Below, piece by piece: positions 8,951 to 18,800 of a stretch of 64,000 bases of DNA. A program made the translations under genes and the position numbers. The notes under the pieces are model-generated. The model saw nothing but the letters and a program-made list of their open reading frames with translations. It did no database searches and was not told where the DNA came from. Where the stretch lies: positions 224,001 through 288,000 of the forward strand of contig JBMNLH010000001.1 of the NCBI GenBank assembly GCA_050952625.1. Reading direction: 5' to 3'. Position 1 is the stretch's first letter, and the number at the start of each line of letters is the position of its first letter. Source of the DNA: Bacillota bacterium (GTDB lineage Bacteria; Bacillota; Ch66; Ch109).

Positions 8951-10390
8951 ATGGCTAAGAAAAAAAAGCGGAAGGCTAGGCTGGCCGATGGGACGGAAGT
9001 CGAATATTTACCCGAAGTTATCGGTGAAGGAAGCGAAGGCATCGTTCATTTTACGGCTGACCGCAAATCAGTCCTTAAGTTTTACAAAGATGATGATGAC
9101 CAAAAAGACCCGGAGCGAATGGAACGCATCAAGCATATTGTCGAAAAATATAACCCCACTATAGAGGAAAGGACCGGGGATTATTGGAAGAAACTTTATT
9201 GCTGGCCAGATGGACTGGTTGTCTCGCCCAGTTTGGGAGTACGGGTCCCGGTTTACCCTGCTAATTTTTTTACTAAGGACGGCATCGAAAAGAAACTAAG
9301 TTGGTTTGTCAACCCCAAAAGCCGTAAGCATCTACCCCCATCAGACCGGGGAAATTGGCTAGGTCATTTGCAGATGGCGATTACGATGGCCCGGGCAACG
9401 CGGCGGCTTCATTCAGCGGGCTTAGCCCATTCAGACCTGTCTTACAATAACTTTCTCGGCGATCCGGTTGCCGGGGTGACCGTTATGATTGATATGGACG
9501 GTCTGGTTGTGCCGGGGCTGCACCCGCCGAAGATTGCGGGCACTCCGGGCTTGATTGCCCCGGAAGTGATTATGGGCATTGCGGAACCCTCCATCAGAAC
9601 AGACCTTCACGCCTTAGCGGTTCTAATCTATCAAACTCTGCTTTTTCGCCACCCCCTGCGCGGGCCAAAGGTTAACTCAACACTTTCGGCTGAAGAGGAT
9701 GAATCTCTCTCTATGGGGCAAAAAGCGTTATTTATTGAACACCCGCTGGATCAGGCTAATCGGCCTAAAAATCTTAGGCTTAGCTATCTGTATTTGGGTC
9801 CATATCTGACTGAATTAATCAACCGCTCGTTTATCCAATCGCTGCATGTTCCGGAAGACAGACCAACGGCAATGGAATGGGAAGATGCCCTGGTTCGTAC
9901 CGCCAATCTAGTCTATCCGTGTAGCAATAAGGACTGTGAAATGAAGTGGTATGTCTTTTCACGGACAGCTAATTTTGTTTGTCCATTTTGCCAGCAAAAA
10001 CTGGCCCTGCCCCATATCCCAATCATGCAGTACTATAAAGAACAGCTAGGTCGGCCGGGTCACTTTTTAACGGAAAAACAGAGTTTAGTTGTTTGGCATG
10101 GTCTTTACCTGTACAAATGGCATGTCTATGATAATGTTTGGCCGGGCGAGAATGCCGACAAAACACCACAAGGTTATTTTATTTATCATAACAACAACTG
10201 GTATCTTTATAACCTAGCCATGGATTTGACAGCAATTGAAGGCGGCGTGTCCAAAAACGTGCCGCTGGGCCATTACATCCGGATTACAGAGGGCTTGCAG
10301 TTAAGGCTATCTTCTGAAGCCCATGGTCGGTTGCTGCTAACTCAGCTTCTGCGAGGCGGTGATCAATATTTACTTACAGGAACAAATTAA
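8951..10390 (+). CDS. Ser/Thr kinase of the TerY-P triad with Zn-ribbon and FHA-like C-terminus
   Basis: IGEGSEG, VLKFY, HSDLSYNN, IDMDG, GTPGLIAPE, TDLHAL; CSNKDC..CPFC; RBS AGGAGGT. Confidence 0.88.
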   Translation: MAKKKKRKARLADGTEVEYLPEVIGEGSEGIVHFTADRKSVLKFYKDDDDQKDPERMERIKHIVEKYNPTIEERTGDYWKKLYCWPDGLVVSPSLGVRVPVYPANFFTKDGIEKKLSWFVNPKSRKHLPPSDRGNWLGHLQMAITMARATRRLHSAGLAHSDLSYNNFLGDPVAGVTVMIDMDGLVVPGLHPPKIAGTPGLIAPEVIMGIAEPSIRTDLHALAVLIYQTLLFRHPLRGPKVNSTLSAEEDESLSMGQKALFIEHPLDQANRPKNLRLSYLYLGPYLTELINRSFIQSLHVPEDRPTAMEWEDALVRTANLVYPCSNKDCEMKWYVFSRTANFVCPFCQQKLALPHIPIMQYYKEQLGRPGHFLTEKQSLVVWHGLYLYKWHVYDNVWPGENADKTPQGYFIYHNNNWYLYNLAMDLTAIEGGVSKNVPLGHYIRITEGLQLRLSSEAHGRLLLTQLLRGGDQYLLTGTN

Positions 10391-11690
10391 TCAGTTGCCA
10401 GCGCATGGTCATTTAAAGCTAAGACCGGGCGAATATGAAGGCCCGGTCCTCATTAATAGTCCGGCGATCATCGAAGGGAATAACGCGACGGTTTGGGCGA
10501 AAAGCGGTCCGGTGCTGCGGATCAATACGCGCGGGCTTATTCTGAAGAACTTGCAGGTTGAAGCAACAGCTAACCAGGCCCCGGGTTATCAATCAATCGC
10601 CATTATGACCGAGGAAAGACATGCAACCGTTGTGGATAACGTGGAAGTCAAAGGAGCAGTGGTTGGGTTTGGTGATGAATCTGGCGATTGGGATTACCCA
10701 TGGTCCCTTAATCTGGGACAACTGCCGCCGGGGCAAGCCATCTCTCTTAAACTGCGGTTGCTGGTGCCGGTGCGGTGTCGACTGGTCTCCCGGATCGGGG
10801 GAATCAAGTTTGAACCGGAAGAGATAGCAGCTGGTTTGACTGAAGTAACGATCAAAATTGACCCCCTGATGCCCAATTCGATTATCCATGGCCATTTCCA
10901 ATTGGTATCTAAGTTTATCCGGCGAATCTCCGTCAGCGGCAGGGTGACCGGGCTAACAGACAATGCGCCCAGGCAAAGGGGCGGACAGGTTATTTGGTCG
11001 CCGAACGAAGTGACTGGGTCCGGACCTGATCCAGTAGTTGAGGGAGCCGAGCCATACCCGCATCTGCACAGGCACTTACGCTCGCACTCACGCTCAGTTC
11101 CAGAAAAAGGGCAGCCAGAGCCTTCGGTTAACTTAAATCGGTTGAAAAAAGGACATCGAGTTGACCTGGTTGCTGAAAACGCCGCTGCGAAATATATCTT
11201 TGGGTTGGGTTGGACAGGCCGAATTGAGAAGCAGATTGAGATTGATGTAGTCGCCTTTCTTCTGGGAGATAATGAACAGGTCTTAAAAGACAACGACTTT
11301 GTGTTTTATGGAAATCCGCGCAGTGCCGAAGGCAGTGTGGCCCTTCTGGGAGCAAATCCGGCCGAGGGATTAAATGAACGGGTGTTGATAGATTTTTCCA
11401 AGGTACTGGGGGAGCATAAAAAGATGGTTATTGCCCTTTCTGTCTATCAGGGTCAAGAAAAGAGACAGGGATTTGCTCAGATGGCCCAGGTATTTATGAA
11501 GGCCAGGGAGGAAGCCAGTGGGCAAGATGGATTATATTTTGCAATGGATGACAACTTTACTTTGGAGACTTTATTAATCGCCGCCGAAATCTACCGCTAT
11601 AAAGGTCAATGGAGATTCGCCGCAATAGGCTCCGGTTATCGCGAGGATCTGGCCTTTCTTTGTCGCAAATACGGGTTGGAAGTTGAGTAA
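10359..11690 (+). CDS. Beta-helix-like N-terminal domain fused to C-terminal TerD domain
   Basis: LRPGEYEGPVLINSPAIIEG (parallel beta-helix start pattern); C-terminal IDVVAFLL..DFVFYGN..EIYRYKGQWRF (TerD). Confidence 0.75.
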   Translation: MINIYLQEQINQLPAHGHLKLRPGEYEGPVLINSPAIIEGNNATVWAKSGPVLRINTRGLILKNLQVEATANQAPGYQSIAIMTEERHATVVDNVEVKGAVVGFGDESGDWDYPWSLNLGQLPPGQAISLKLRLLVPVRCRLVSRIGGIKFEPEEIAAGLTEVTIKIDPLMPNSIIHGHFQLVSKFIRRISVSGRVTGLTDNAPRQRGGQVIWSPNEVTGSGPDPVVEGAEPYPHLHRHLRSHSRSVPEKGQPEPSVNLNRLKKGHRVDLVAENAAAKYIFGLGWTGRIEKQIEIDVVAFLLGDNEQVLKDNDFVFYGNPRSAEGSVALLGANPAEGLNERVLIDFSKVLGEHKKMVIALSVYQGQEKRQGFAQMAQVFMKAREEASGQDGLYFAMDDNFTLETLLIAAEIYRYKGQWRFAAIGSGYREDLAFLCRKYGLEVE

Positions 11691-11859
11691 ACCTCTCAGG
11701 TGGCCACTTAATCCGGAACCAAATATAAAATTGCGAAACAGGGATATTTAGATAACAATAGCAGATTTGAAGATAACACTTGTGCCGCATTCCTCTAAAT
11801 TCATTTAGGGGTTAGGCGCAAAATTACTTAATTACCCGTAGCATATGTTATTAATAGAG

Positions 11860-12013
11860 GATTAGGCGCGAACCCGCTGGGGTTTGGTCTCGGTAAAATA
11901 CTATACAAGCAGTGGGGTTTACGACCCAAGCACTCACGTACCCGCGTATCCGAGTCAGATCCGAAGTTCACGGGAGCACCCGAATCTTCTGACTTCAGTC
12001 AGGAGAGGTTCAA
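11860..12013 (+). mobile_element. Orphan IS200/IS605 (tnpB-type) right-end / omegaRNA-like remnant
   Basis: Terminal hairpin gaatcttctgacttcagtcaggagag followed by GTTCAA, resembling IS605-group right ends; no tnpA/tnpB ORF. Confidence 0.5.
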
Positions 12014-12075
12014 ACATAGTCTGCTATTGTGTAGGCATAGGTTGTCGTGGAAATCTTTGGTTTGCTGTATTTGGG

Positions 12076-12084
12076 TGGTATAAT
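12076..12084 (+). promoter_or_regulatory. Extended -10 element (TGGTATAAT) upstream of jetD
   Basis: TGnTATAAT about 50 nt upstream of the jetD start; no clear -35. Confidence 0.5.
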
Positions 12085-12134
12085 AATCATAAATCGGCGT
12101 CTAACCGTTATTATTCAAGATCTTGGAGATCCTT

Positions 12135-13220
12135 ATGCAGATAATTGTCGAACAGCTTATTCAGGCAAACGCCACCAAAACCATTAAAACAGCGGGGTTG
12201 GAAGATTTAGTACACCGTCACTTAGGCCAGGGGTTTATCGAGCAGGGCGGTTATGTTGCCTTTGCCCAGGTTATCGAAGAATTGTGTCGGCGGGGGCAAT
12301 TGGTACCGGTGAAATCTGCGGGGGGGAATGGCCGCAACCCGCAATTGTTTAACCATTACCGAAAGCAACTGGCGGTTTTGGATTCAGTCATTAAGCTAAA
12401 TCTGTTGTCCTTGGATACCCGGATTCGGGTGGACAAATACCTGGCCAACCCCGGCCAATACCAGAAAGATCAGGCCTACCTGACTGCCTTGGACCGCTTT
12501 TTCAAAGATCCGGGGTTAAGTGAAACGCTGCAAGTGCCTTATGCTATTAATGAACGGTCATTTCAAATCTTCGGGGACGAGAAGTTCCTGGCTTCTAGCT
12601 CTGGTCGGGCCTTCCTCCAGCAGATTGGACTGACCTATGCTAACCTGGGTTGTTATACGACACCGGAACCTTTTTTCTACGTGGACTATCGACAGCCGGG
12701 GGAAGAGCGGACAAGCTGCTTGGTGATTGAGAATAAAGACACCTTTTATACCCTGAGAAAGTGTTTCGCCACCGGCCGGTGCCAGATCAATCAACTGCCC
12801 ATTAACCTGTTGGTTTACGGCGAGGGACGCAAGATTGTCAGCAGTTTTGCTTTTATGACCGAGGTTACTGGGCCAGCCCCAGCAGCTGCAACTTATTATT
12901 TTGGCGATCTGGATCCGGAGGGGATTGACATCTTTGGTTCCCTAGCGGAAAGGTACCCGGATTATTATATACATCCTTTTATCTATCTGTATCAGCAACT
13001 GCTTGAACGGCAGGGCGAACAGGCCCCAGTGCGCCGAGACAAGCAGCAGCGGCTGCAGCCCAAGCACCTGGAAGGTTTTCTCCAGAACTTTGAACCAGCC
13101 GTGGCCCAGCAAATTGTAGAACTGATCCAGAATAATCGTTATCTGCCGCAGGAAGGACTGGCCTATTCCTTCTTTGCCGAGGAGGTGGGCATAGTTGAAA
13201 AGCATCCTGACCGGGTTTAG
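12135..13220 (+). CDS. jetD: Wadjet nuclease JetD (Toprim, DUF2220-like)
   Basis: NERSFQIFGDEKFL, VIENKDTF, YGEG, YFGDLDPEGIDI, PQE; first gene of operon ending in SMC ATPase. Confidence 0.87.
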   Translation: MQIIVEQLIQANATKTIKTAGLEDLVHRHLGQGFIEQGGYVAFAQVIEELCRRGQLVPVKSAGGNGRNPQLFNHYRKQLAVLDSVIKLNLLSLDTRIRVDKYLANPGQYQKDQAYLTALDRFFKDPGLSETLQVPYAINERSFQIFGDEKFLASSSGRAFLQQIGLTYANLGCYTTPEPFFYVDYRQPGEERTSCLVIENKDTFYTLRKCFATGRCQINQLPINLLVYGEGRKIVSSFAFMTEVTGPAPAAATYYFGDLDPEGIDIFGSLAERYPDYYIHPFIYLYQQLLERQGEQAPVRRDKQQRLQPKHLEGFLQNFEPAVAQQIVELIQNNRYLPQEGLAYSFFAEEVGIVEKHPDRV

Positions 13221-14739
13221 CGAAAGGATGAAGAATTTCGCCATCTTTCAGCCGCTCTTTGATTTAAGCAACAGCCGCAAATACAGTGAGTATGATCCGG
13301 TGGCACTGGGTTTCGCCATTCTGCTGTTGATCCTGGAGAACATGCTGATCGGCCGAGAACCCTGCGATCACCAACGGATCGGTCATTTTCTGCGGCGGGT
13401 TGTGGAAGACAATTATCGGCACCGGCTGAGCGAGGAAGAGGCCTTGGAAATGGCCTATTTCTTTCTTGATGCCCTGCGCAACGGGGGCCGCCCGTTTAAT
13501 TGTGCCTTTCAGGATTTGGAAAACGGCCAGCAGTCTCGCTACAAATTTGCCCTGATTGAGACTGCCGCCTACGAAATCCACGGCAAAATGAGCTTTAAGC
13601 TGACCAGCACCGGCCTGGATCTGCTCTTTAAGACCAAAGAAATCTACAAAGAGCTGCGGATAACTATTTCTCAGCTTTATTTGCGCCAGCAGATTGAGAA
13701 GGGGGTCTTTCAGGAGGCTTTGCGGACCGTGGATGATCTCTATGTTCAGGTCCGCGAAATTCATGCTAAGTTGGAGCGGATGAAGCAGCGGGTGATGCGC
13801 AATGTGGCGGAGTTTTCCCTGTCGGCCTATATTTCCTTGATGGAGGAAGTCTATGCCCAGTTGCACCGGGAAAAAGAGGTGTTTAACTCACTGGTCAAAC
13901 TGTTGCAGGAAACCCAGGAATCTTATTTTTACCGGGAATTGAACGAACAGGAAAAACAGAGCCTGGATCAACTGATGGCTGTGTCGCGCGGTTTGGATCA
14001 AGTCATTAATGAGCATAATCGGTTGTTCACTCATAAATTAGAAACCTCTGCTCTGTTGGAAGAAGCCATGCTGGACAGCCTGGCTAATACTTTTCGCACG
14101 AAAATTAACTTTGAACAGGAATTTATTGATCAGATCATTGAGCAGAATACGGATCTGGAAACCCTGCGCCAGTTGGTCCAACCTCTGTTGCGTCCGCGCG
14201 TCAACCAGTATTTCAATATCATGCGTGTTTTTGAAGCGCAGCCGCTGCCCAAGGAGGAGGAAGAACCCCAGGAGTCCTGGTTAACCCCGGATGAGGTTTA
14301 CTTGCAGCAATTGGCGGAACGGGAAAAAGCAATTAAACACCAGCGAGACGAGCGTTACTTGCGGTATCTGGAAATGGTCATGCTGCCGGCGTTGACCAGT
14401 GATCACTACAGTTTGAGCGAGATTTTGGAGAACCTGCCCTCAGGGGATTACGCCCAGACCGTGGCGGAAGTCGAGTTTTACATCTTTTTAGTGCAACTGC
14501 ACCAGTTAGGTGAAATAACCCTAAACATTGATCCAAAGTTCAAAAATAAACTAATGGATACCGAGACCGGGAATTTGCCCTTTCTACTGTTTAAAACCCT
14601 GGAACAACACCCGGCTTTGTCAGACGCAGGCACCCTCGAAATCATTGCCTTAGAGGCAGAGATTACTTTAGCTAACGGCGGCACCGTGTCGGATTACCGG
14701 TATCAGGTGCGAGGGAGAACGGTGAGGCGTGAGGCGTGA
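13195..14739 (+). CDS. jetA: Wadjet kleisin-like subunit JetA (type III-like)
   Basis: 514 aa helical protein (LLFKTKEI, QLYLRQQIEKG) overlapping jetD, followed by JetB/JetC; assigned by size and position. Confidence 0.75.
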   Translation: MKSILTGFSERMKNFAIFQPLFDLSNSRKYSEYDPVALGFAILLLILENMLIGREPCDHQRIGHFLRRVVEDNYRHRLSEEEALEMAYFFLDALRNGGRPFNCAFQDLENGQQSRYKFALIETAAYEIHGKMSFKLTSTGLDLLFKTKEIYKELRITISQLYLRQQIEKGVFQEALRTVDDLYVQVREIHAKLERMKQRVMRNVAEFSLSAYISLMEEVYAQLHREKEVFNSLVKLLQETQESYFYRELNEQEKQSLDQLMAVSRGLDQVINEHNRLFTHKLETSALLEEAMLDSLANTFRTKINFEQEFIDQIIEQNTDLETLRQLVQPLLRPRVNQYFNIMRVFEAQPLPKEEEEPQESWLTPDEVYLQQLAEREKAIKHQRDERYLRYLEMVMLPALTSDHYSLSEILENLPSGDYAQTVAEVEFYIFLVQLHQLGEITLNIDPKFKNKLMDTETGNLPFLLFKTLEQHPALSDAGTLEIIALEAEITLANGGTVSDYRYQVRGRTVRREA

Positions 14740-14749
14740 GGGGTGAGGG
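14722..14749 (+). repeat. Heptamer tandem repeat (GTGAGGS)x4 overlapping jetA stop
   Basis: gtgaggc gtgaggc gtgaggg gtgaggg. Confidence 0.8.
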
Positions 14750-14921
14750 GTTAAACGCAAAGTGAAGCGCGAGAGATTTTTCGCTTGGTTCAGAATTATC
14801 ATGCCTTGACTGTGCAGACCGTGGGTGCGAGGCCGATAGATAAGAAGAGGGAGTTCAGAATTATCATGCCTTGAGCGTACCAGAGAAGCAAGTTGATGGT
14901 TCTGCTGATTCCTAACTTAAC

Positions 14922-15028
14922 CGCCATTCTGAGCGGAGCGAAGAATCTTTAACCAGCCTTATAGATTACATCTTCCGCTTGGGTGCAAGCGGATCGCCAA
15001 GGGATTCTTCACTTCGTTCAGAATAACA
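14922..15028. repeat. REP-like palindrome (CGTC/TGTC-type, module B)
   Basis: cgccattctgagcggagcgaagaatc ... gattcttcacttcgttcagaataaca inverted arms; related to 28205-28277 and 45391-45460. Confidence 0.75.
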
Positions 15029-15114
15029 AGGAGCGAGTAATACTGGTTGTATTCACAGCCATGTCAAATAATGTTAAGTAACGACCCTTAGGTGGGCACG
15101 CAGGAGTGGTGGAA

Positions 15115-15849
15115 ATGAGTGAATTTTACCGGGGAGAGAAGGTTCAGACCGCTCTAGCTTTGTTTCTGGAATTAATCAGGCGGGGGCAGGTTAATGTGGA
15201 CGATGACTTGGAACTGATCCAGGCCTACAAAAACGATCCGGAAGTTCAGGAACTATCGACCGAGCTGTTTGAATCCCAGGCAGAGGTGAAGATCCTGGAG
15301 ACCGTGGACCGGTTATACCTCTCGCCAAATCTGAACAATCGATTTTTTGGCTACACCAACGAGCAACTGCGCCAGCGGCTAAGATTAAGCGATAACAAGG
15401 AACTATATCTGGCTTACTTTGTCATCCTGTCATTGCTGGCCATGTTCTACGGCAGCGACAGCCTCGAAGAAGTCAGCCGTTATTACGTGACGGTGCAGGA
15501 TCTGGAGCAATTCATCACTGCCAAACTAGAGAGCCTGAAACAGGAGGCGGATGTGGACGCTCTGGAGCAAGCGGCTGAGTATAACCTGAAGACTTCGGCC
15601 GAACTCTGGCAGGATATGCCGGAATATGACACCGAAATTAAGCAACTGCGCCGAACAACCCGAAACCGAATCAGCTTTATTTTAAAAGTCTGCTCTTTCT
15701 TACAGGATGAAGGTTTAGTCTTGGTACAGGGCGAGCGAGAAATCTATATTCAGGATAAGACCGAACAAATGGTGCGCAAGTATTACTCGGACAATGAGCG
15801 AAAGGAAAAACTGCTTGGTCTGATCAGGCCGGCAAAGGTGGGGACATAA
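15115..15849 (+). CDS. jetB: Wadjet KITE-like subunit JetB (DUF6063-like)
   Basis: FGYTNEQLR..ELYLAYFVIL..FY pattern; abuts the SMC ATPase; RBS AGGAG before ATG 15115. Confidence 0.78.
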   Translation: MSEFYRGEKVQTALALFLELIRRGQVNVDDDLELIQAYKNDPEVQELSTELFESQAEVKILETVDRLYLSPNLNNRFFGYTNEQLRQRLRLSDNKELYLAYFVILSLLAMFYGSDSLEEVSRYYVTVQDLEQFITAKLESLKQEADVDALEQAAEYNLKTSAELWQDMPEYDTEIKQLRRTTRNRISFILKVCSFLQDEGLVLVQGEREIYIQDKTEQMVRKYYSDNERKEKLLGLIRPAKVGT

Positions 15850-18800
15850 ATGCCACAGATCTGGCGGATTCGCCTGGCTAATATCGAGTATGACGGCGGA
15901 AAAAAGGTTTATACTGATGAACTGTTTCGGCTGCGGGGCAAGAATGGCCTGATTAATCTGGCTAACGGCGGGGGCAAGACCCTGTTGGTGCAGTTGCTGC
16001 TGCAAGCGGTTTTGCCCAATGAAAGCTTTAATAAACGGCGCGTAGTAGACCTGCTGGCCAACAAAAGGTATACCGGGCATATTGCCGTAGAATGGCGGCT
16101 GGACAGCCCGGAAACGGAATTTTTAACTACTGGCTTTTGTTTTACCCGGGGAGCTGAGGAAGACGGCCGGCTGCGCTATTTCATGTATACAATCCAGTAC
16201 ACGCAGCCTAATGAATTTGATGTTAAAAATCTGCCCTTGGTCAAAAAGCAGGTACCCGTCGCCTATGCGGAACTGTTACACCTATTGCGGCAGAATACCG
16301 GTTCTTCGGAAGCGCGGATTAGTGTCTTTGATCAGGACGATAAGTATCGCGCCTACTGGCAGGAACTGCGGACGTTTAATATCTTCGGCAAGGAATGGAA
16401 AAATATCAAGACCATTAATAACCGGGAAGGCGGCGTGGCCGAATTTTTCAGCGGAGCTTCAACCACCAAGCAGTTGCTGGAGCACCTGATCATTCCCGCG
16501 GTCGAAGGAGCGATCTTTGACTCCGAAAAGGAAGCCCAGGAATTGACCCAGTCTTTCTGGCAGTATTATCAAAGCCTGATGCGCATCCCGGAGTTGCAAA
16601 AAAATTTGGAGAGTTTTCAGGTGCTGCGCCAGGGTGGGGAAGCAGTGCTGCAGGAGGTCCGCACCTATGCCCGCAGCAGTGACCAACTAGTGCAGGTCAA
16701 ACAGCAGTTAGGCCAGCTTTTTGGGCAGGTGTTAACTGAGCTGGAATTAACCCTAACCGAACGGCAGCAGGTCGAGGAACAATTGGGAACTCTTAGCCAG
16801 CGGCAGGGCCAGTTGGAGTACCAAGCTGAAAGTCTGGAGCACGCTCGTCTGTTTCGGCAGTTAACCGAAGGCCGAAGTAAAATGGCTGAGCTGGAAAATA
16901 GCCTGAAAGCAAGCCGCAAGCAGGAACAGGCAGCGGATTATCGTTGGCGTCTGGCCAAAGGACAGAACCGATTTTTGGATATTCAGGAGTTGATCGGGGA
17001 GATAAAAGGCTGGGAGCAGGCTCGGGAAATCCAGAGCCAGGGCCACGAGGAGCAGCTTGCTCAATTGGATAGCTACCGGGCTACCGTGCGGCAACGACTG
17101 ACTGAACTTCAACAGGCCCGGCAGCAACAGTATGTCGAACTGACTACCCGACAACAGCAGCACCAAGCGGAGCAAACCAGCTTAAAACAGACCAGGACCG
17201 CATTATTGGCGGAAAAGGACCAGCTGAGCCGCCGGATTGGTGCCCTGCACACCCAGAAGGAACACTACAGTAAACGGTATGATGAAATGTGGCAAACCTA
17301 CCAGAACCTGCTCTGGTTGGAGGACCCGGCCGCCGCCCTGACAGAACTCACGGCAGAATTGGCGCGAACTCAAGATCAGTGGCAGCAGGCCCGGCAAGAA
17401 AAGGAAGAACTGCTGGCAGCCGAACAGGATCTGACCAATCAGCTGCGGCACCAGGATGCTCTGATTATGCGCCAGCAAGCGGAAGTAACTGCCGCGGAAC
17501 AAGCCGCCCAAGACTATCAGGAAACCTTGGTCCAGGTGCAGGAGATGCTCCAGCGGCACTCGATTACCGCTAAGGAGCCCTTTGCTGAGCGGAGCCGTCT
17601 GGAAAGTCAGCTGCTCAGCCTTTCCCTAACGCTTCAGGCCCAGCAGACGCGGGAGGGGGCGGAGATCAGCCGTCTGGAGGAACAACTTCATTTATTGACC
17701 CAGTACGATTTTTATGTTCCCAATTATGAGTTGCTGGCCCTGCAAAAAACCCTGCAGGAAATCGGCGTTATCGCTAAACCGGGCAGTCAGTGGCTGCAGG
17801 ATTTACAGATTGAAGAGGCGCAGCGAGCCGCTTACCTGCGGCATAACCCGCTCTTGCCCTATGCCCTGGTTCTGACCGAGGCGGATTTTAAACAGCTGCA
17901 GAATCGGCGGGGGATGTGGCGGGAACTGGTGTTAAACTGTCCGGTACCGCTGGTGGTCCGCAGTCCGGAATTAACGCCGGTCGAGACTGAAACTGCTGGG
18001 GATTGGCTGCCGCTAGATGAAAGAAACACCTATGTTGTCTGGCACAAGGGTTATCGTTACGCCGTTTCTCCGGCTCTGCTGGCTCTGGAACAGCCGGGCC
18101 TTGAGGAACAACTGGAGCGGAAAAACCAGATCCTGGCTAATCTCCGTCTCAGCCAGGAGGCTGTGGTACGGACCGGGGATAGGCTGCAGCAGTTTTATTG
18201 CACTTATACCGTTGATTCAGCCAACCACATCCAGGAGCAGCTGACCCATACCCGGCAGGTTCTGGCCGAATCCCTGAGCACCCGCGAAACCATGGAAACT
18301 AGGCAGCAGCAGTTGCAGGAACGCCGGCCTCAATTGGAAGCGGAATTGGAAAAACTCCGGGAGCGGCTCAACCAGATTGAGGTCAGTCAACAGCACTTTC
18401 AACAGTGGCAGCTTGACCGGGAACAGCAACTGCAAATCTTGACCGAACTCGAACAACTACGCCAATTAGAGAAACAGCAACAGACGGCCGAACAGGAGTT
18501 GGAGGAAAAACTGAACCGGCTGGAACAGCAGATCCTCACGACTCAAGGCAGTATTAGTCAACTAGAAGGAACCCTGACCCAGCTCCAGGAAAAACTAGTT
18601 AATACCCCTCACCCGAATCAGCCGGCTGCTCTGGTGTTGGATGTGCCTTATGAGCAGGCGGACAGCGTCTTAAAGGAACTGGAAAAGCAGGTCAATCAGG
18701 CAGCTTCGCAGATTACAGCCTATGATGACTTGATTAGCCGCAATCGACAGCAGATTGCCAAGTTGGAACGCGAGATTCAGAAGGAGCTAAAATTGACGCT

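Noticed and set aside
11884-12144. 86-aa ORF upstream of jetD
   Set aside because: No RBS or recognisable motif; overlaps IS-end-like hairpin and the jetD promoter
14788-14874. Two exact 22-nt repeats with a 43-nt spacer resembling a mini-CRISPR
   Set aside because: Only two units, no cas genes, and the unit is the reverse complement of the module A/B junction of the dispersed repeat family
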